A program made the position numbers and the translations under genes. 64,000 bases of DNA. Source: Octopus vulgaris. Taxonomy: Eukaryota. Shown piece after piece: positions 25,764 through 40,496 of this stretch (positions are counted from its first letter, which is position 1; each line of letters starts with the position of its first letter). The notes under the pieces are model-generated. The model saw nothing but the letters and a program-made list of their open reading frames with translations. It searched no databases and was not told the origin of the DNA. The stretch is taken from contig OX597835.1 in NCBI GenBank assembly GCA_951406725.2, positions 12,896,001-12,960,000 of the forward strand, given 5' to 3'.

Positions 25764-26174
25764 AAAACATGCACACACACACTCACCCACACACATACAT
25801 ACAAATACATGCACACACACTCACACCACACACACATGCACACACACACACACACACACATACAAATACATGCACACACTCACCCACACACACACACATA
25901 CATACAAATACATGCACATACACTCACCCACACACACATGCACACACACACACACATACATACATATACATGCACACACACTCACCCAAACACACATGCA
26001 CACATGCACACACACACACACACATACATACAAATACATGCACACACACTCACCCACACACACATGCACACACACACACACATACATACAAATACATGCA
26101 CACACACTCACCTACACACACATGCACACACACACACATGCACACACACACATGAGCACACATACTCTTGAGCA

Positions 26175-27150
26175 TAGCTGTGTGGTCAGAAGTTGGCTTC
26201 CAACCACAAGGTTCCAGGTTCAATCCCACTGCAAGGTACTTTCGTCAGGTGTCTTCTACTACAGCCCCAGGCAGACCAAAGACTTGTGAAAGGGTTTGGT
26301 GGGCAGAAACTTAAAGAAGCCCATTGTGTGTGTATGTATGTGTGTGTGTGTGTGCGTGTGTGTTTGTGATGTAGTGGGGGGTCTTTGCATCTATGTTTGT
26401 CCCCCATCACCGCTTGACAACTGGTGTTGTACCCAAAACTTAGTGGTTCAGTAAAAGACACTGATAGAATAAGTAACAGGTTTAAATAAAGCAAGTTCTG
26501 GGGTCCTTTCATTCGGCTAAAAATAATTCTTCAAGGCAGCGTCACAGAATGGCAGCATCACAGAAGTGAGTAAAACAAGTAAAACATAAAAGAGATATAT
26601 AATGGAGTGGATGTGTGGTAAGTAGCTTGCTTACCAACCACATGGTTCCGGGTTCAGTCCCACTGTGTGGCGCCTTGGGCAAATGTCTTCTACTATAGCC
26701 TCAGGCTGACCAAAGCCTTGTGAGTGGATTTGGCAGACGGAAACTGAAAGAAGCCCGTCGTATATATGTAAGTGTGTGTGTGTGTATGTTTGTGTATGTG
26801 TGTTTGTCCCCCCCCCCACCATTGCTTGACAACCGATGCTGGTGTGTTTACGTCTCTGTAACTTAGCAGTCCGGCAAAAGAATCCGATAGGATAAGTACT
26901 AGGCTTACAAAGAATAAGTCCTGGGGTCGGTTTGTCCCCACCCTCATCGCCACTTGACAACTGGTATTGGTGCGTTTACATCCCCATAACTTAGCGGTTC
27001 AGCAAAAAAGAGACTGACAGAATAAGTACTGGGTGTAAAAAAATCAAAATAAAACGAGTCCTTGGGTCCATTTGTCGAACTAAAACTCTTGAAGGTGGTG
27101 CTCCAGCATGGCCGCAGTCAAATGACTGAAACAAGTAAAAGAATAAAAGA
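26175..27150 (+). mobile_element. Cluster of SINE family A copies
   Basis: Heads at ~26175 and ~26612; 3' half duplicated at 26930-27150. Confidence 0.8.
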
Positions 27151-27206
<56 letters not shown>

Positions 27207-28883
27207 ATGTGTGAGTGTTTCTCTGGTGCGTTCAGTGTAACGTAAGTGATACCACTATCTCTTATAATTCTTCTGAAGAATAAATATTGATTGGAATGGC
27301 TGTTATTGTCCAGAGTTATTAAACGGTAAAGGTTTTGTCATTCTTTGATGTTTCTCGATGCCATTTAATCACAGAAGGGAACCAAGATGATAGGAAGCAT
27401 TTAAAGAAAACGTGTTGCAACTTTTCTCCGTTTAAAGAATTCAGGCAATTCATAATTGCATCATCTTGGAGAAGGATTCCCACCCAACGCTCTTACTAAC
27501 AACGACTTGATCTGGACAATCTCCTGGGTGACACACTCTTTGAGTAATATTTCCACATTGAAACACATTCTGAAAACCATACTTATAAACACATACATGG
27601 TGTGGGCTTGGCCGTGTGGTTAAGCATGGCATTTTGCAACCACATGGTTCTCTGTTCAGTTCCACTGTGTGGCACCTTGGGCAAATATTTTCTACAATAG
27701 CTCAGGCTGGCCGAGACCTTGTGAGTGAAACTGTGAGGAAGTCCATTGTGCATATATATATATTTACTGTACTCTTTAACCACATCTTTTTCCCATTCTT
27801 TCTTCCTATTTCAAAGGGCCAGCCTTGTAACACTCTGCGTCACGCTGAATCTCCTTGAGAACTATGTTAAGGGTACACGTGTCTGTGGATTGCTCAGCTG
27901 TTTGCATGTTAATAAATGAGCTGTGACGTTACTGGTACCAAGCTGTATTAGTCTTTGCCTTTCCCTTGGATAACATCAGTGGTGTGGAGAGGAGGGGAGG
28001 CTGGTATGCATGGCCGACTGCTGGTCTTCCATAAACAATCTTGCCCTCAGAGGGTAACTTTCTAGGTGCAATCCCATGGACATTCGTGACCAAAGGGGAT
28101 CACAACACAATATATATATATATAAATTTGAATTAAGCAGAAAATGGCCACAGTATGGTGCCACAGTATGGTGCCACAGTACTCCCTTGCCTCCTCTATG
28201 CCACAGAAATCATGGCCCTCTACTGCTGGTACATGAAGGCCCTGACACTGGGTGGGACATGTTTGTAGGATGGAGAGTGACAGGCTCCCAAAAGCAGTGT
28301 TCTTTGTTGATCTGTGTCAGAGTAGGTGGAGCTGTTGTGGCCAGAGGTTGCAATACAGCAATGTGCTGAAGTGACATATGAAGAACCCCCTGGCACCTCC
28401 CCAGAGATTTTATGACAGTAAACTGCATGTGTGTGTGTGTGGAATCTGTGTAGTTTTTTTATGCAGTATTGTGCTGGGACAGATATGACCACTGACTAAA
28501 CTTGGAATACTTTGCTGGGATTAAAAATGTGGTATGTAAAAGATAAATTATTTTGATGCAAAATTTCTGTCGACATTTCTTTATTGCCCACATGGGGCTA
28601 AACATAGAGGGGACAAGCATGAACAGACAAAGGGATTAAGTCAATTACTTCAACCCCAGTGCTTAACTGGTACTCAATTTATCGACCCCAAAAGGAGGAA
28701 AGGCAAAGTCGACCTCGGCAGAATTTGAACTCAGAATATAACTGCAGACGAAATACTGCTAAGCATTTCGACCGGCGTGCTAACATTTCTGCCAGTTCAG
28801 TGTCTTACATTTCTGCCGACAATTATGTTATTTTTATCAGACATGTAGCAACACATGCTCACAAACGTGCACACACACACACA

Positions 28884-28915
<32 letters not shown>

Positions 28916-30189
28916 TACACACACACACACACCCACACACACACACATGCACACACACATGCACAAGTTACTTGCAGATCAACATAGTTCACCATGATTG
29001 TGACTGAATGAAATTTCAGAATGAATTATTCGCTATTTCTGTATAAACGCATGAAAATAATTTGTGCCTTGGCACCAAAATTGAAAAAGAAGTGGAGAGT
29101 TGAGATTTAGATAAAAGAAAAAAAATCCTCAAGAATCTTCACACATGCAAAATTGTATCTCAACTCCAATTAAAATGATGACCAAACTTTTTATTTTGCA
29201 ATCCATGATAAACGGATTTTAAAAAACCTGATCTCAGATAAAATAAATAAGGATTTTTAGGATTTTTACTAAAGTTTAAATGAATTTTTTTTTCAGAAAC
29301 CATACAAAATAAATAAAACCCCTTAAAATTCGAGGATTTTAACTGGTGATTACATCCTATGACAGAGTTGTAAAATGAAAATTATGCAAGGAAAAAATAT
29401 TTTCCAGATATCTCACTGTTATTTTTAGCATATCAAGTTTTGACAATTTTTTTTATCTGGTTTCGGAAGAAATCTATTCCTGCACAAACTAACATATCCA
29501 ATGTGTAATACATCAGGAAAAGATGGAAAGTAGCAACATAGGATGTTTTTTAAGAAAATTTGAAATTTAAAAAGAAAAAATCTTTTTCTAGATTTGTAAT
29601 CTCTGTATTTTTTCCATGTGGATTAAAAAAAAAATCTAAAAAAAAAGTGAAAAATTAAAAAATTGGAGCGGGAAGGGGGAAAATTAGAATTTTGAATATG
29701 TGTTTTTTTTTTGGCAAAATCGTAATCTCTGATATCAAAAATATAAGAATCCCAAAAAATTCTTGAAAAAAATGGGTGTCAGGTGCAAACACCCGACCTC
29801 CATCCAGAGTACACAGAGCCATGTAGTGGGATAGTATGAAGGTTGACAGAGACAGTAGTGTTTATAGGGGGCGGGGTGGGGTATACAGAAGCCATAGGCC
29901 AAAGATATATGGGAAACTGATTTCCTAAAATGTCCTGGTGGCTCCCTGGGAGTTGTAGCTAATTTTTGCTACGTAGTGCCATAACTAACACTGGGTACCC
30001 TTGATGGAGGTCTGGTGACCTAATTAGCAGTGGAGAAGGTTGTACTGACAGTGTAATTGCTAGAATAAGAATAGGATGAAGGAAAGTTCAGAGAGCTTTC
30101 ACCTTAGTTGGCAACCACAGTTTCTCACTCTGAATGAAGAAGGGAAGATTGTGTGATGCATGTGTACAAACTGTACTGCTGCAGGGGAG

Positions 30190-30735
30190 TTTAACTCTTG
30201 CTGAAATACAAGCTTTCAACGAGGTTAAACAGAAATTCTCTCATGTCTCCAGGTTAGCTCACCCCATTCCTGATGCCGAAATTTCTCTTGTAGTTGATGC
30301 ATCTGAAATTGGCATTGGTGCAGTCATTCAACAACTTCATCATGGTGAATGGCAACCTCTGGCGTTTTTCACTTAGCAGTTAAAACCAGCTGAAACTAAA
30401 TATAGTGCATTCAGTCATGAACTGTTAGCTATTTACCTCTCACAATATTTACAGATCATAAGCCGTTATTTTTCACTTTACACTGCAAGCCAGATAAATT
30501 TTCTCCGTGAGACATTCGACATTAGTATTACATTTCACATTTCGCAAGTGATATATGATATATTCCAGGTTCTGAGAACATTGTTGCAGATTCTTTATCC
30601 CGTTTACCTGTAAATGCATTATTTTCAACTGCAGAAATTAAGTTGGACGAAATGTCGGACGATCAACCATCCATTAATTTGAATAATACACACACAGTCA
30701 TATCTATACTTGATACTGAACATATATTCTCTCTA
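30190..30735 (+). mobile_element. Ty3/Gypsy LTR retrotransposon pol remnant (RNase H region), pseudogenised
   Basis: LAHPIPDAEISLVVDASEIGIGAVIQQ..WQPLAFFT*QLKPAETKYSAFSHELLAIY..TDHKPL..YIPGSENIVADSLSR. Confidence 0.9.
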
Positions 30736-31755
30736 CAGTCGTAAGATGTTGGCCCTGAATGTGGAGAACATGCAAAGGCTGGAGAGGAAAGAAGCTGGTA
30801 TGGTCCACTGGATGTGCAATGCCAGTATGCATGTGTGACAGAGCATTGGTGTATTGAGACAGAAGCTGGGCATAAGAGGAATATCATGCGGTGTGCAAGA
30901 GGGAAGGCGGCGAGCTGGCAGAAACGTTAGAATGCCGGGCAAAATGCTTAGAAGTATTTCGTCTGCCGTTACATTCTGAGTTCAAATTCCACCAAGGTCG
31001 ACTTTGCCTTTCATCTTTTTGGGATCGATAAATTAAGCACCAGTTGCGCACTGGGGTCAATGTAATTGGCTTAATCCCTTTGTCCTTGTTTGTTCCCTCT
31101 GTGTTTAGCCCCTTGTGGGCAATAAAGAAATAAGAGGGAAGATTGAGCTGGTATGGGTATGTGATGCGGATGGACAAGGACAGTTACATTAAGAGGTGCT
31201 GACCCCTTAAAATAGGGCAAAGTTGTGGAAGAGAGCCCTGCAAAAAACAGGAAGAAATGTTGAAAGCCAATTTCAAAATGCTGAGCCTTATGAAGGAGAA
31301 GACCGAGGATCGAGACGAGACGCATTGCTCTACGCAAGGGGACCCACCACCACAAACAAAATTGAGATCCTAAAACCAAGGTGCCACATAAAAGCCATTG
31401 GTGATGTTGCCGTGTAAAACGCACCAAGTACACTCTGTAAAGTGCTTGGCATTAGGAAGGGTATCCAGCTGTAGAAACCATGCCAGAACAGACTGTGGAC
31501 CCTGGTGTGGCCTCTGACCTTGCCAATTCTTGTTAAGCTGTCCAACCCATACCAGCATGAAAACGGATTTTAAATGTTGATGATGATGATGATGATGATG
31601 ATGACGATGATGGTACACATATATGCACAGCACTGTCAGTTGACACATTCATTACTTAAACATTTATGTAGTAAGAAGGGATCTGTGACTACACATGGCC
31701 CCTCAGCAAAACACTGATGGAAGAGAGGAACTGGGAAAGCATTGACGGAGTCACA

Positions 31756-32157
31756 TCTTTATATATAAAAGTGAGCTTGTGTGCTGTCTGTCTCCTACGA
31801 TTTAGATTCCTAACTACTCCCACATTTTGCGGTGCAGTTTAACCAAAACCGGGTATCTTATAGTCGTGATTCATATCGAACCCTTCTGGGTATTAGCGCG
31901 CATCTACGATGAGTCTACGATTTAAAAAAAATTTACCATCATTTTTTTCCATTTTAATGCATTTTTTTCGCTATTATATAAGGGAAGTAACTCTCTAAAA
32001 ATGTCTACGATGAGTCAACGATTTAAAAAAAAATTTACTATCATTTTTTTTCCATTTTTAATGCATTTTTTTTGCTATTTTTTGGCTATAACTCTCTAAA
32101 AATTCTTATATAGTTATTTGCCTTACAAACCCGAGCAACGCCAGGCGATACTGCTAG
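31756..32157 (+). mobile_element. Non-autonomous Helitron
   Basis: A|TCTTTATATATAAAA 5' end, subterminal CCCGAGCAACGCCAGG hairpin, CTAG|T 3' end; internal ~95-bp tandem duplication. Confidence 0.85.
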
Positions 32158-32602
32158 TTTTGCAATAAAGCAAGAGCTTAGCTGTAGTTTCAGAGAGCAT
32201 GCTTCTGGCCAAAATCAACAACGTTAAGGAAGTTTACGGCACTGTATATACAAATGGATGCTTATCTTTAGAAACAACATGAATCTGTCATAGTACTTTA
32301 TACTATCACATAAACTGAATAAGAGGACTTGTAATATTAATAATATTAATACTATCAGGACTATCACACATCCACACACACATATATATATAAGAAAAAG
32401 GAGAGAAATGGAGAAATTGGATTTGTTTCAATAAATTGATATCTGCATATCAATTTCTCTATTTTCTTTTTTATTATACGTAAATGGTAATATAGGATAT
32501 CCATCAATGTGAAGCTAACATCTTTTAGTATTTCACCGATATGCTGGATAAAACTAGGCAACCAGGATGCTGACATCTCTTTAAGAGTTATTTATAGCTT
32601 CA

Positions 32603-32649
<47 letters not shown>

Positions 32650-32680
32650 TATGTATATATATATATATATAATATATATA

Positions 32681-33183
32681 TAGTTAATCCAAACATGAAA
32701 ACACAAATAGAAAAGACAACAACGCAAGGACGTGGAACAAGTATAGTGTTATTGGACGCTCAGGAAAGAAGGAAAGAAGGAGTGCTTAACGTTTCGAGTG
32801 GAGCTCTTCGTCAGAAACATAGAAAAAGGAAAGATCCAAGGAAGGGAAGACGGAGGAAAAAAAATCGCGAACGATACACACGCGGTCACATATTGAATAT
32901 ATATATATGTATATGTATGTATACTATATAGCATCAGTGGTGCTTTTCCCTGGCACAAACCCAAACAGCATATATATATAGTTAATCCAAACAAGAAAGC
33001 ACAAAAAACACAACAACGCGAGGACATGGAACAAATATAGTATTATTGGACACTCAGGAAAGAAGGAAAGAAGGAGGGTTTAACATTTCAAGCAGAGCTC
33101 TTCGTCGGAAACATAGGAGAGGGAAAGATCCAGAGAAGGGAAGACAGAGGAAAAAAATTGCCAATGGTACACATGCAGTCACA
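32681..33183 (-). mobile_element. Direct tandem pair of HH-A repeats
   Basis: Units 32681-32890 and 32980-33183; hammerhead motifs at 32784-32818 (CTGACGA) and 33078-33112 (CCGACGA). Confidence 0.8.
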
Positions 33184-33205
33184 TTTTGAATATATATATA
33201 TATAT

Positions 33206-33659
33206 AAGTTCAGCAAAATTTAGATTCAGATGAATATGGTACTTAAGTTAAAGGCACCAGAATTTGGTATGGTATTATCCATATAAAGCAAAGGGGGTGA
33301 TTATAATCAAAATAAGCAACAAGGATATCCAAGATAGTGTAGTACAATTTTTTCATGCCACTTCATTTTATTAAACACTGTAAGTATTACATCAGTTTTA
33401 AAATGTCAAGCAATCTTCAGCCACATATAGAATTGTTTAATTAAATGGACAATGTACATTTTTATACTTATACTTTTTATACTTTTATACTTATTATACT
33501 TAACTAAGTATAAACATATACATTGTCCATTTAATTAAAAAATTCTATATGTGGCTGAAGATTGCTCAATATTTTAAAATTGATGTAATACTTAAAGTGT
33601 TTAATAAAATGAAGTAGCATGAAACGATTGTACTACACTACCTTGGATATCCTTGTTGC

Positions 33660-33666
<7 letters not shown>
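33206..33666. mobile_element. Inverted pair of an HH-B subfamily
   Basis: Arms 33206-33458 (-) and 33519-33666 (+); hammerheads at 33339-33424 (-, decayed) and 33551-33636 (+, GTGG-CTGAAGA..GAAAC-GATT-GTA-CTAC). Confidence 0.75.
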
Positions 33667-33706
<40 letters not shown>

Positions 33707-33817
33707 AATTCCTCTATTTACATATTATGAAGGTTTCATACTTTTGTTATCATTACATTATTATTATTAATAATATATATATGTGTGTGTGTGTGTATGT
33801 GTGTGTGTATATATAGG

Positions 33818-33888
<71 letters not shown>

Positions 33889-34529
33889 CTCCTCCCTCCC
33901 GTCATTGACCTGCGACGAGAGCTCTGCTACTGTCTTTCTGACCTGGCTTCCTTCAGGTGCAGACGGCATTTTCTATTGCTCCTTCGCCGTTCTCAAAAAC
34001 AGCATTCGTAATACTTTATCTTGTTTGGCTTAACAGCCCTTCTTGTCTTGTTATTCTCCTTGTCCTGTCTTTTACTGTTTATATTTTGTACTGTCGTTAC
34101 TGTCCTGTTTCTGTTACCATTTTTACCCCTGCGCAAAAAGATCTCAAATTTTATTTAATTTGCTTTACGCGGGAAGGAAAGTTTCTATCGAAGATGCGTA
34201 TCGCCTTCACCTTCGAAACGCAGAGTAGATGAAACCATGGCAACTGAAGAAGGGGAATTTTCTTTGTTTTATATGTCCTGTACTCTATTTTTTCTTTGTT
34301 TAAGAAAAATGTCCATTTCCTTGGTTTTGTGTTTATGTTTTCATTTCTCATTGTGTTCAACGTTTTTTTTGGTGTCCTGTACCCATATATGCATGTATAT
34401 ATACATGTAGAGGTAGGTACGTACATATATGTATGTATATATGCATATGCTTTATTTATTAATTTCTTATATATATATATATATATATATACATATGTTA
34501 GGAAGGGCATCCAGCTGTGAAACACTGCC

Positions 34530-34638
<109 letters not shown>

Positions 34639-35204
34639 CGTATGTATGTATATAGATACATGCATCCATATGAAGCACTGTCAGTCAGTGTCTTTATCAT
34701 ATAAACATTTATGCAAGAATTCCATGCCACATGGAAAGCAGAATGGTAAAAACATAATCAATTTTATTTGCAAGAATGGTGTCTCTTTATGCCACACACC
34801 TTACCATTATTAAAATTATTTCATCTCCTCGAAACGAACCAATGGCCCCTGCAGATTCTGGTCTGTTCCCTTTTTATATCTGTCACGCTTCCGATTGGCC
34901 GAAAATGTTATGACATTTGTTTCTTTCTCTTCTGAACAACAGCTCAGAGGAATTCTCGGTCACATACGGAAGTCTTCGTAATTCCAAAGACGAACATCCT
35001 CATGGCATCATCAGCTTCTCTGCAAAAGGGGTGAAAGGGATCCAGCAGAGACCTTGGAAAATATTCAGCATTCTCTTCCGTTGAAACAAACAAACACACA
35101 CATACACACACACAAATATATGCATGTGTCAATGTGTGTACGTGCATGCATACACACATGTATATATGTAGATGTATGCACATATATGTGTATGTAATGT
35201 GAAC

Positions 35205-35313
<109 letters not shown>

Positions 35314-35556
35314 TGTGTATATGTACACATTTACATACATATATATATCTATGTATGTATGTAAACACGATATATTTGATACATATATATATGTTTGTGT
35401 ATATGTACACATTTACATACATATATATATCTATGTATGTATGTATACACGATATATTCGATACATATATATATATAGATATATATATATATACATATAC
35501 ATTTATATAGTTATATGCATATTCATATACATATATAGATATATATATGTACATTC

Positions 35557-35598
<42 letters not shown>

Positions 35599-35938
35599 AT
35601 GTGTGTATGTATGTATGTATGTATATATGTATATATGCATATATATATATGTGTGTTTATATGTCAATATATTTCTATAATTGCACACGCTTACACATGC
35701 ATGGGAAAGGCTGGCTATATGATTAGATTGATGCTAGGGTTTCATGTAGCAATCCAGATGGGAATGAGAGTGGTAGGGGGAGGAGGAAGAGGAGTAGGAG
35801 CAGTGTTGTAATGGACTCGAATCACTTTAACACATATGTCCATCGAACGATTAAATATTTATGAATGTACACCACATAAATGACCATATATAGTTGTGTG
35901 TGAGTGTGTGAGAATGTGTTTGTGTGTGTGATTATACA

Positions 35939-36077
<139 letters not shown>

Positions 36078-36184
36078 TACATATATACACATACATATAT
36101 ATACATATATATATATATGTGTGTGTTAGTGTGAATAATATGAACACAAGTAAATTTATAGCATATGTACATACACATACACAA

Positions 36185-36219
<35 letters not shown>

Positions 36220-36455
36220 CATACATACACACATGTGCATGCATGTATGAATGTACACATACATTTATATGTTTGTGTGATATGTCTCTGTGTGTGTGTG
36301 TGTGTGTGCATGTGTGTGTGTATCTATACACGTACATATAAATATGTTTATATATATATATACACAAATACATGTATACAAATATGTGTATTTCTTTGTG
36401 TGTGTATAAATATATATAGACACACATGCGTACATGTACATTACATATACCTTAC

Positions 36456-36744
36456 ATAATATGCAAGAGGTCTGTGTCTCTTCAACTGACTTCCAAAACG
36501 AACTTAATAAAAATATCTCCAGGGATCAGAATTGATGCACTTCATTCCAGAGTTGCTGACCATCCACCCGGAAAAAGCCAATACACAGGGTACAACGTCC
36601 TCTGCCTGTTTGCCAATTCAACAATTAGCGATATTAATACAACAAGAAAAGTGGACCCTACAACACAGAGCAGTCATTGCAGGAAAATACCCCAGAAATG
36701 TCAGTCCGTTTGGGATTTGTATGAAGTTGTATTCATTATTATGG
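36456..36744 (-). other. Candidate spliced exon (non-coding or orphan)
   Basis: Unique island between microsatellites; minus-strand acceptor TTCTTCATTTTCTATCAG and donor GTAAGG; no frame open through it. Confidence 0.4.
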
Positions 36745-36828
36745 CTGATAGAAAATGAAGAACACAAGTGTATATACATATATATATATAGTCTTATACA
36801 TACATACATACATATATATATATAAATA

Positions 36829-36874
<46 letters not shown>

Positions 36875-36876
<2 letters not shown>

Positions 36877-36992
36877 GCCTCGTCTTTAGCCAGCGGGGTG
36901 GCGTCATTCGAAGGCTAAAACAATGTGAAGTGCATTGTGACCAGCGATGTGTAACAACATCTGATGGTCTGGTCGGTCACGTGATCACGTGA
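36875..36992 (+). mobile_element. ~110-bp structured repeat inserted in (TA)n, with a (CACGTGAT)2 tail
   Basis: Homologous to 25124-25232. Confidence 0.65.
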
Positions 36993-37289
36993 TATATGTA
37001 TGTATGTATAGGTTTAAGAGATAGAATCACCCAATCAAGCAACTCAATCATCATTGAATGACTTTATCCACAATAGGTACACATAGGACTAAATATTAAA
37101 ATTATCAAAATTAATACCTTCAATTCTTATTCCAAATTATCACACACACACACACACATATATGTATGTATATACATTCCTTTCTATTGTCTATCTGGAC
37201 GTTTTGTTGTCCCGTTTTCGTATCACCTAACTGTCTGGATGTTTTGCCTTCTTGCCCCATTTTGTATTTTTTATAAATATATATATATA

Positions 37290-37590
37290 CTAGCAGTATC
37301 GCCCGGTGTTGCTCGGGTTTGTAAGGGAAATAACTATATAAGCGTTTTTAGAGAGTTACGTCCCTTATATAATAGCAAAAAAATGCATTAAAAATGGGAA
37401 AAAATGATGGTACTTTTTTTTAAATCGCAGACTCATCGTAGACGTGAGCTAATACCCAGAAGGGCTCGATATGAATCACGACTATAAGATAACCGAATTT
37501 GGTTAAACTGCACCGCAAAATGTGGGAGTAGTTAGGAATATAAATCGTAGGAGACAGACACTCACACAACTTCACTTTTATATATAAAGA
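37290..37590 (-). mobile_element. Non-autonomous Helitron, second copy
   Basis: Reverse complement of 31756-32157 without the internal duplication; TC...CTAG ends. Confidence 0.85.
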
Positions 37591-38096
37591 TATATATACA
37601 TACATACACACGCATACATATAACTGTGTGACTTTATATATGCTACCTTATATATATACATTCTACCTTTAGTATGTATATTTAGGTATGTGCATGTGTT
37701 CGTGCATGTATTATGTATGTGTGTGTCTGTGTGTACGTGTGTGCAAAATCTTTTTATGATGTGAACAAGAACACATTCATGTAAGTACCTCCATACAATG
37801 AAACTATTTCATTTGATTCATTTGTGAATTGGTGAGAAACGAAGAAAGTTTTGAAACAGAACAAAAATGTCGAAATATCTTACAAATACTCTTTTTGTCA
37901 GTATCTCAATGAACTTTGGTGATTCTGAAGAATGAGAATATATCAGGAAGAGTCCAAGTATTAATATCTGGCAAGCAGTGAAATTATCTCGGTTAAAATA
38001 TGGAACTGTTGGTGCCATGAACAAGACGTGATTTTTCAGAGAAATAAATTCAAACTGTTGAACCCATGTGAAAAGATTAGAGATCTTTCTCTTCAC

Positions 38097-38457
38097 CTAT
38101 TTAATATCCCAAGTTTATGAAGCTGTATAATTGTCAAGGAATTTGTCCGAGTGGAAGCGAGATAAATGATATCCAGAGAAGGACGTTCTTTGAATAGAAA
38201 ATAGATTCGGAGAAACTGACTGGCAAAATGAGAAACTGATGTGAAAAGACAAGAATTCTTCTGTAGTTTGATATCAATGCTGTGTTGATATGAAAATAAT
38301 TCAATGTAAGAGGTAAGATTCCATTTATTGATACAGTGCTGACTGCTGGGAAAATGTTGGATATCCCTGTTTAGTTTTAGTCTTGGCTGAAACTTATTTA
38401 ACTCCAGCAAGTTTAACCCCTCCTTCTGTCGATGATAACTTCTGTCTAATATATCTC
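38097..38457 (-). other. Candidate exon with an open frame, unknown product
   Basis: Acceptor TTTATTCTCTTCAG and donor AG|GTGAAG; frame DILDRSYHRQ...KLGILN open for ~120 codons; no recognisable domain. Confidence 0.35.
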
Positions 38458-38729
38458 CTGAAGAGAATAAATAAATTGATTAGAAATATAGACGCAATGC
38501 CTTGATGTATGGGGTTGGGCTAGACAATTAGATGGAATTACATACTAAACCGATGCTATATTTACGGACGATGGAAGGATGAAGGAATATGTCAAAATTT
38601 GGCAGAATCAGAAAATAAATACATTTTACTCGCTATTTAGTTTTGTTTCAAACTATTTATCGACTCTAAACAATAATCTATGGTCAAGTTCATGGCAGAT
38701 CAACAGTGTATGTACTAAGGGACAGTTTA

Positions 38730-39097
38730 AAACAAGAGCACTCAAAGAGCACAAACCTCTGCCAAGGCAACATCAACGTCCTCTCAAAAATTAGCCGGAG
38801 ATGATTTTTAAAATGAGAATACCTGAAATAAACTTGACTGCTCTCACAAATGAGAATACTAAAAATGAACTTGACCGCTCTCAAAAATTAAGTAAAAAAC
38901 AAGAAAGATAATCCAGAATCTTTGTCCAGTACTGGATTGATCCCAAAATTTAATCAGTTTGTGCCAGTCATGAGACCAAACATCCCTGAAAGTTTCATCT
39001 GAATCCATACAGTTGTTCTTGAGATATCTTGTCCACGGACAAACAAACAAACAAGATTGAAAACAATACCTCCGCCTTCATTAAGGTGGAGGTAATA
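38730..39097 (-). mobile_element. Helentron-type non-autonomous element
   Basis: Reverse complement of 3411-3763; TACCTCCGCCTT..AAGGTGGAGGTA terminal hairpin. Confidence 0.75.
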
Positions 39098-39699
39098 ATT
39101 AGGGTCAGTAATTGATTACATATAACAGAACATAATAAGGTATATCATAATGCTTTCTACTACAGGCACAAGGCCTGAAATTTTGGGGGAGGTGACTAGT
39201 TGATTACATTGACCCCAATGTTTCACTGGTACTTAATTTATCGACCCCGAAAGGATGAGAGGCAAAGTCAACCTTGACAGAATTTGTACTCAGAACGTAG
39301 CGACAGGTGAAATACCTATTTCTTTATTACCCACAAGGGGCTAAACATAGAGGGGACAAACAAGGACAGACATAGGTATTAAGTCGATTACATCGACCCC
39401 AGTGCGGAACTGGTACTTAATTTATCGACCCCGAAAAGATGAAAGGCAAAGTCAACCTCGGCGGAGTTTGAACTCACAACGTAACGACAGACGAAATACC
39501 ACTAAGCATTTCATCCGGCATGCTAACGTTTCTGCCAGCTCGCCGCCTTATTACCACTAAGCATTTCATCCAGCATACTAATGATTCTGCCAGTTCACCA
39601 CCTTAATAAGGTATGTTACAATAATTGATTAAACACACTACAATATACATTCTATAAGTGATTTCTAATTTTGGTAAAGGACAGCAAATTTTTTTTTCA

Positions 39700-40070
39700 A
39701 CTGTTCTTTGAGCCACTTCTTCACTACAGTTTTCACTTCCTCATCACTGGAATAATGTTTGTCTCTCAAACCCTCTTTCATGGGGCTGAAGAGATGATAG
39801 TCTGAAGGCGTTAATTTATTCTAGTGATGAGGAAGTGAAAACTGTAGTGAAGAAGTGGCTCAAAAAACAGTCAACAGAATTTTACAGGGCAGGGATACAT
39901 GCTCTCATTCGAAGTTGGAACATTGCTGTTGAGAGAAACGGTGACTATGTTGAGGAGTAGGGATGTGATCCACAGAGGACCAGCTTCATTTTGATGTATG
40001 ATACATGTTCCTGTGTTGGTAATTATACCTGTCCTAAACAAAATGGCATTACTTTTTGATTCACCCTCAT
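39700..40070. mobile_element. Mariner-derived foldback element, second copy
   Basis: Same inversion junction and TIR as 7094-7516. Confidence 0.8.
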
Positions 40071-40496
40071 AGAATTGGTTGGCAACAGAGTTGCAGGAAT
40101 CTGTGAAAATAGCATGACCAGATGAAGATGTGTATGTATGAGTTGGTATCTCCTTGTCTTGGCATTGCATGATAGTTGTAAATGAGTGCCATTGTCATAC
40201 AAGCAGTGTCATTCATTTCCAATATTCTGTAAAAATTATTTCTGGCCACAGGGAAATAATTAACCTTACTTGTACACATGTGAGGGTTGGTGACAAGAAG
40301 GGCATCCAGCCATAGAGAATCTACCTCAACAGATTCTGTCCAACTCATGCAAGCATTGAAAAGTGGACGTCAAAACGACAGGGAGGTTCGCACACTATTT
40401 TTTTGAATATTTAGTTTTTTTTAGTGCTTTTCTTTGATAGGTTCGCGATCTTGTTTTATCATTTTTTAAAACATTAACAATGGATTTATGGCACCA

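Noticed and set aside
34180-34236. CTTCGAAACGCAGAGTAGATGAAAC, resembling a hammerhead 3' half
   Set aside because: No CUGANGA/CCGANGA upstream
34960-35020. Minus-strand GAAG-CTGATGA
   Set aside because: No correctly placed GAAA-NUH and closing stem
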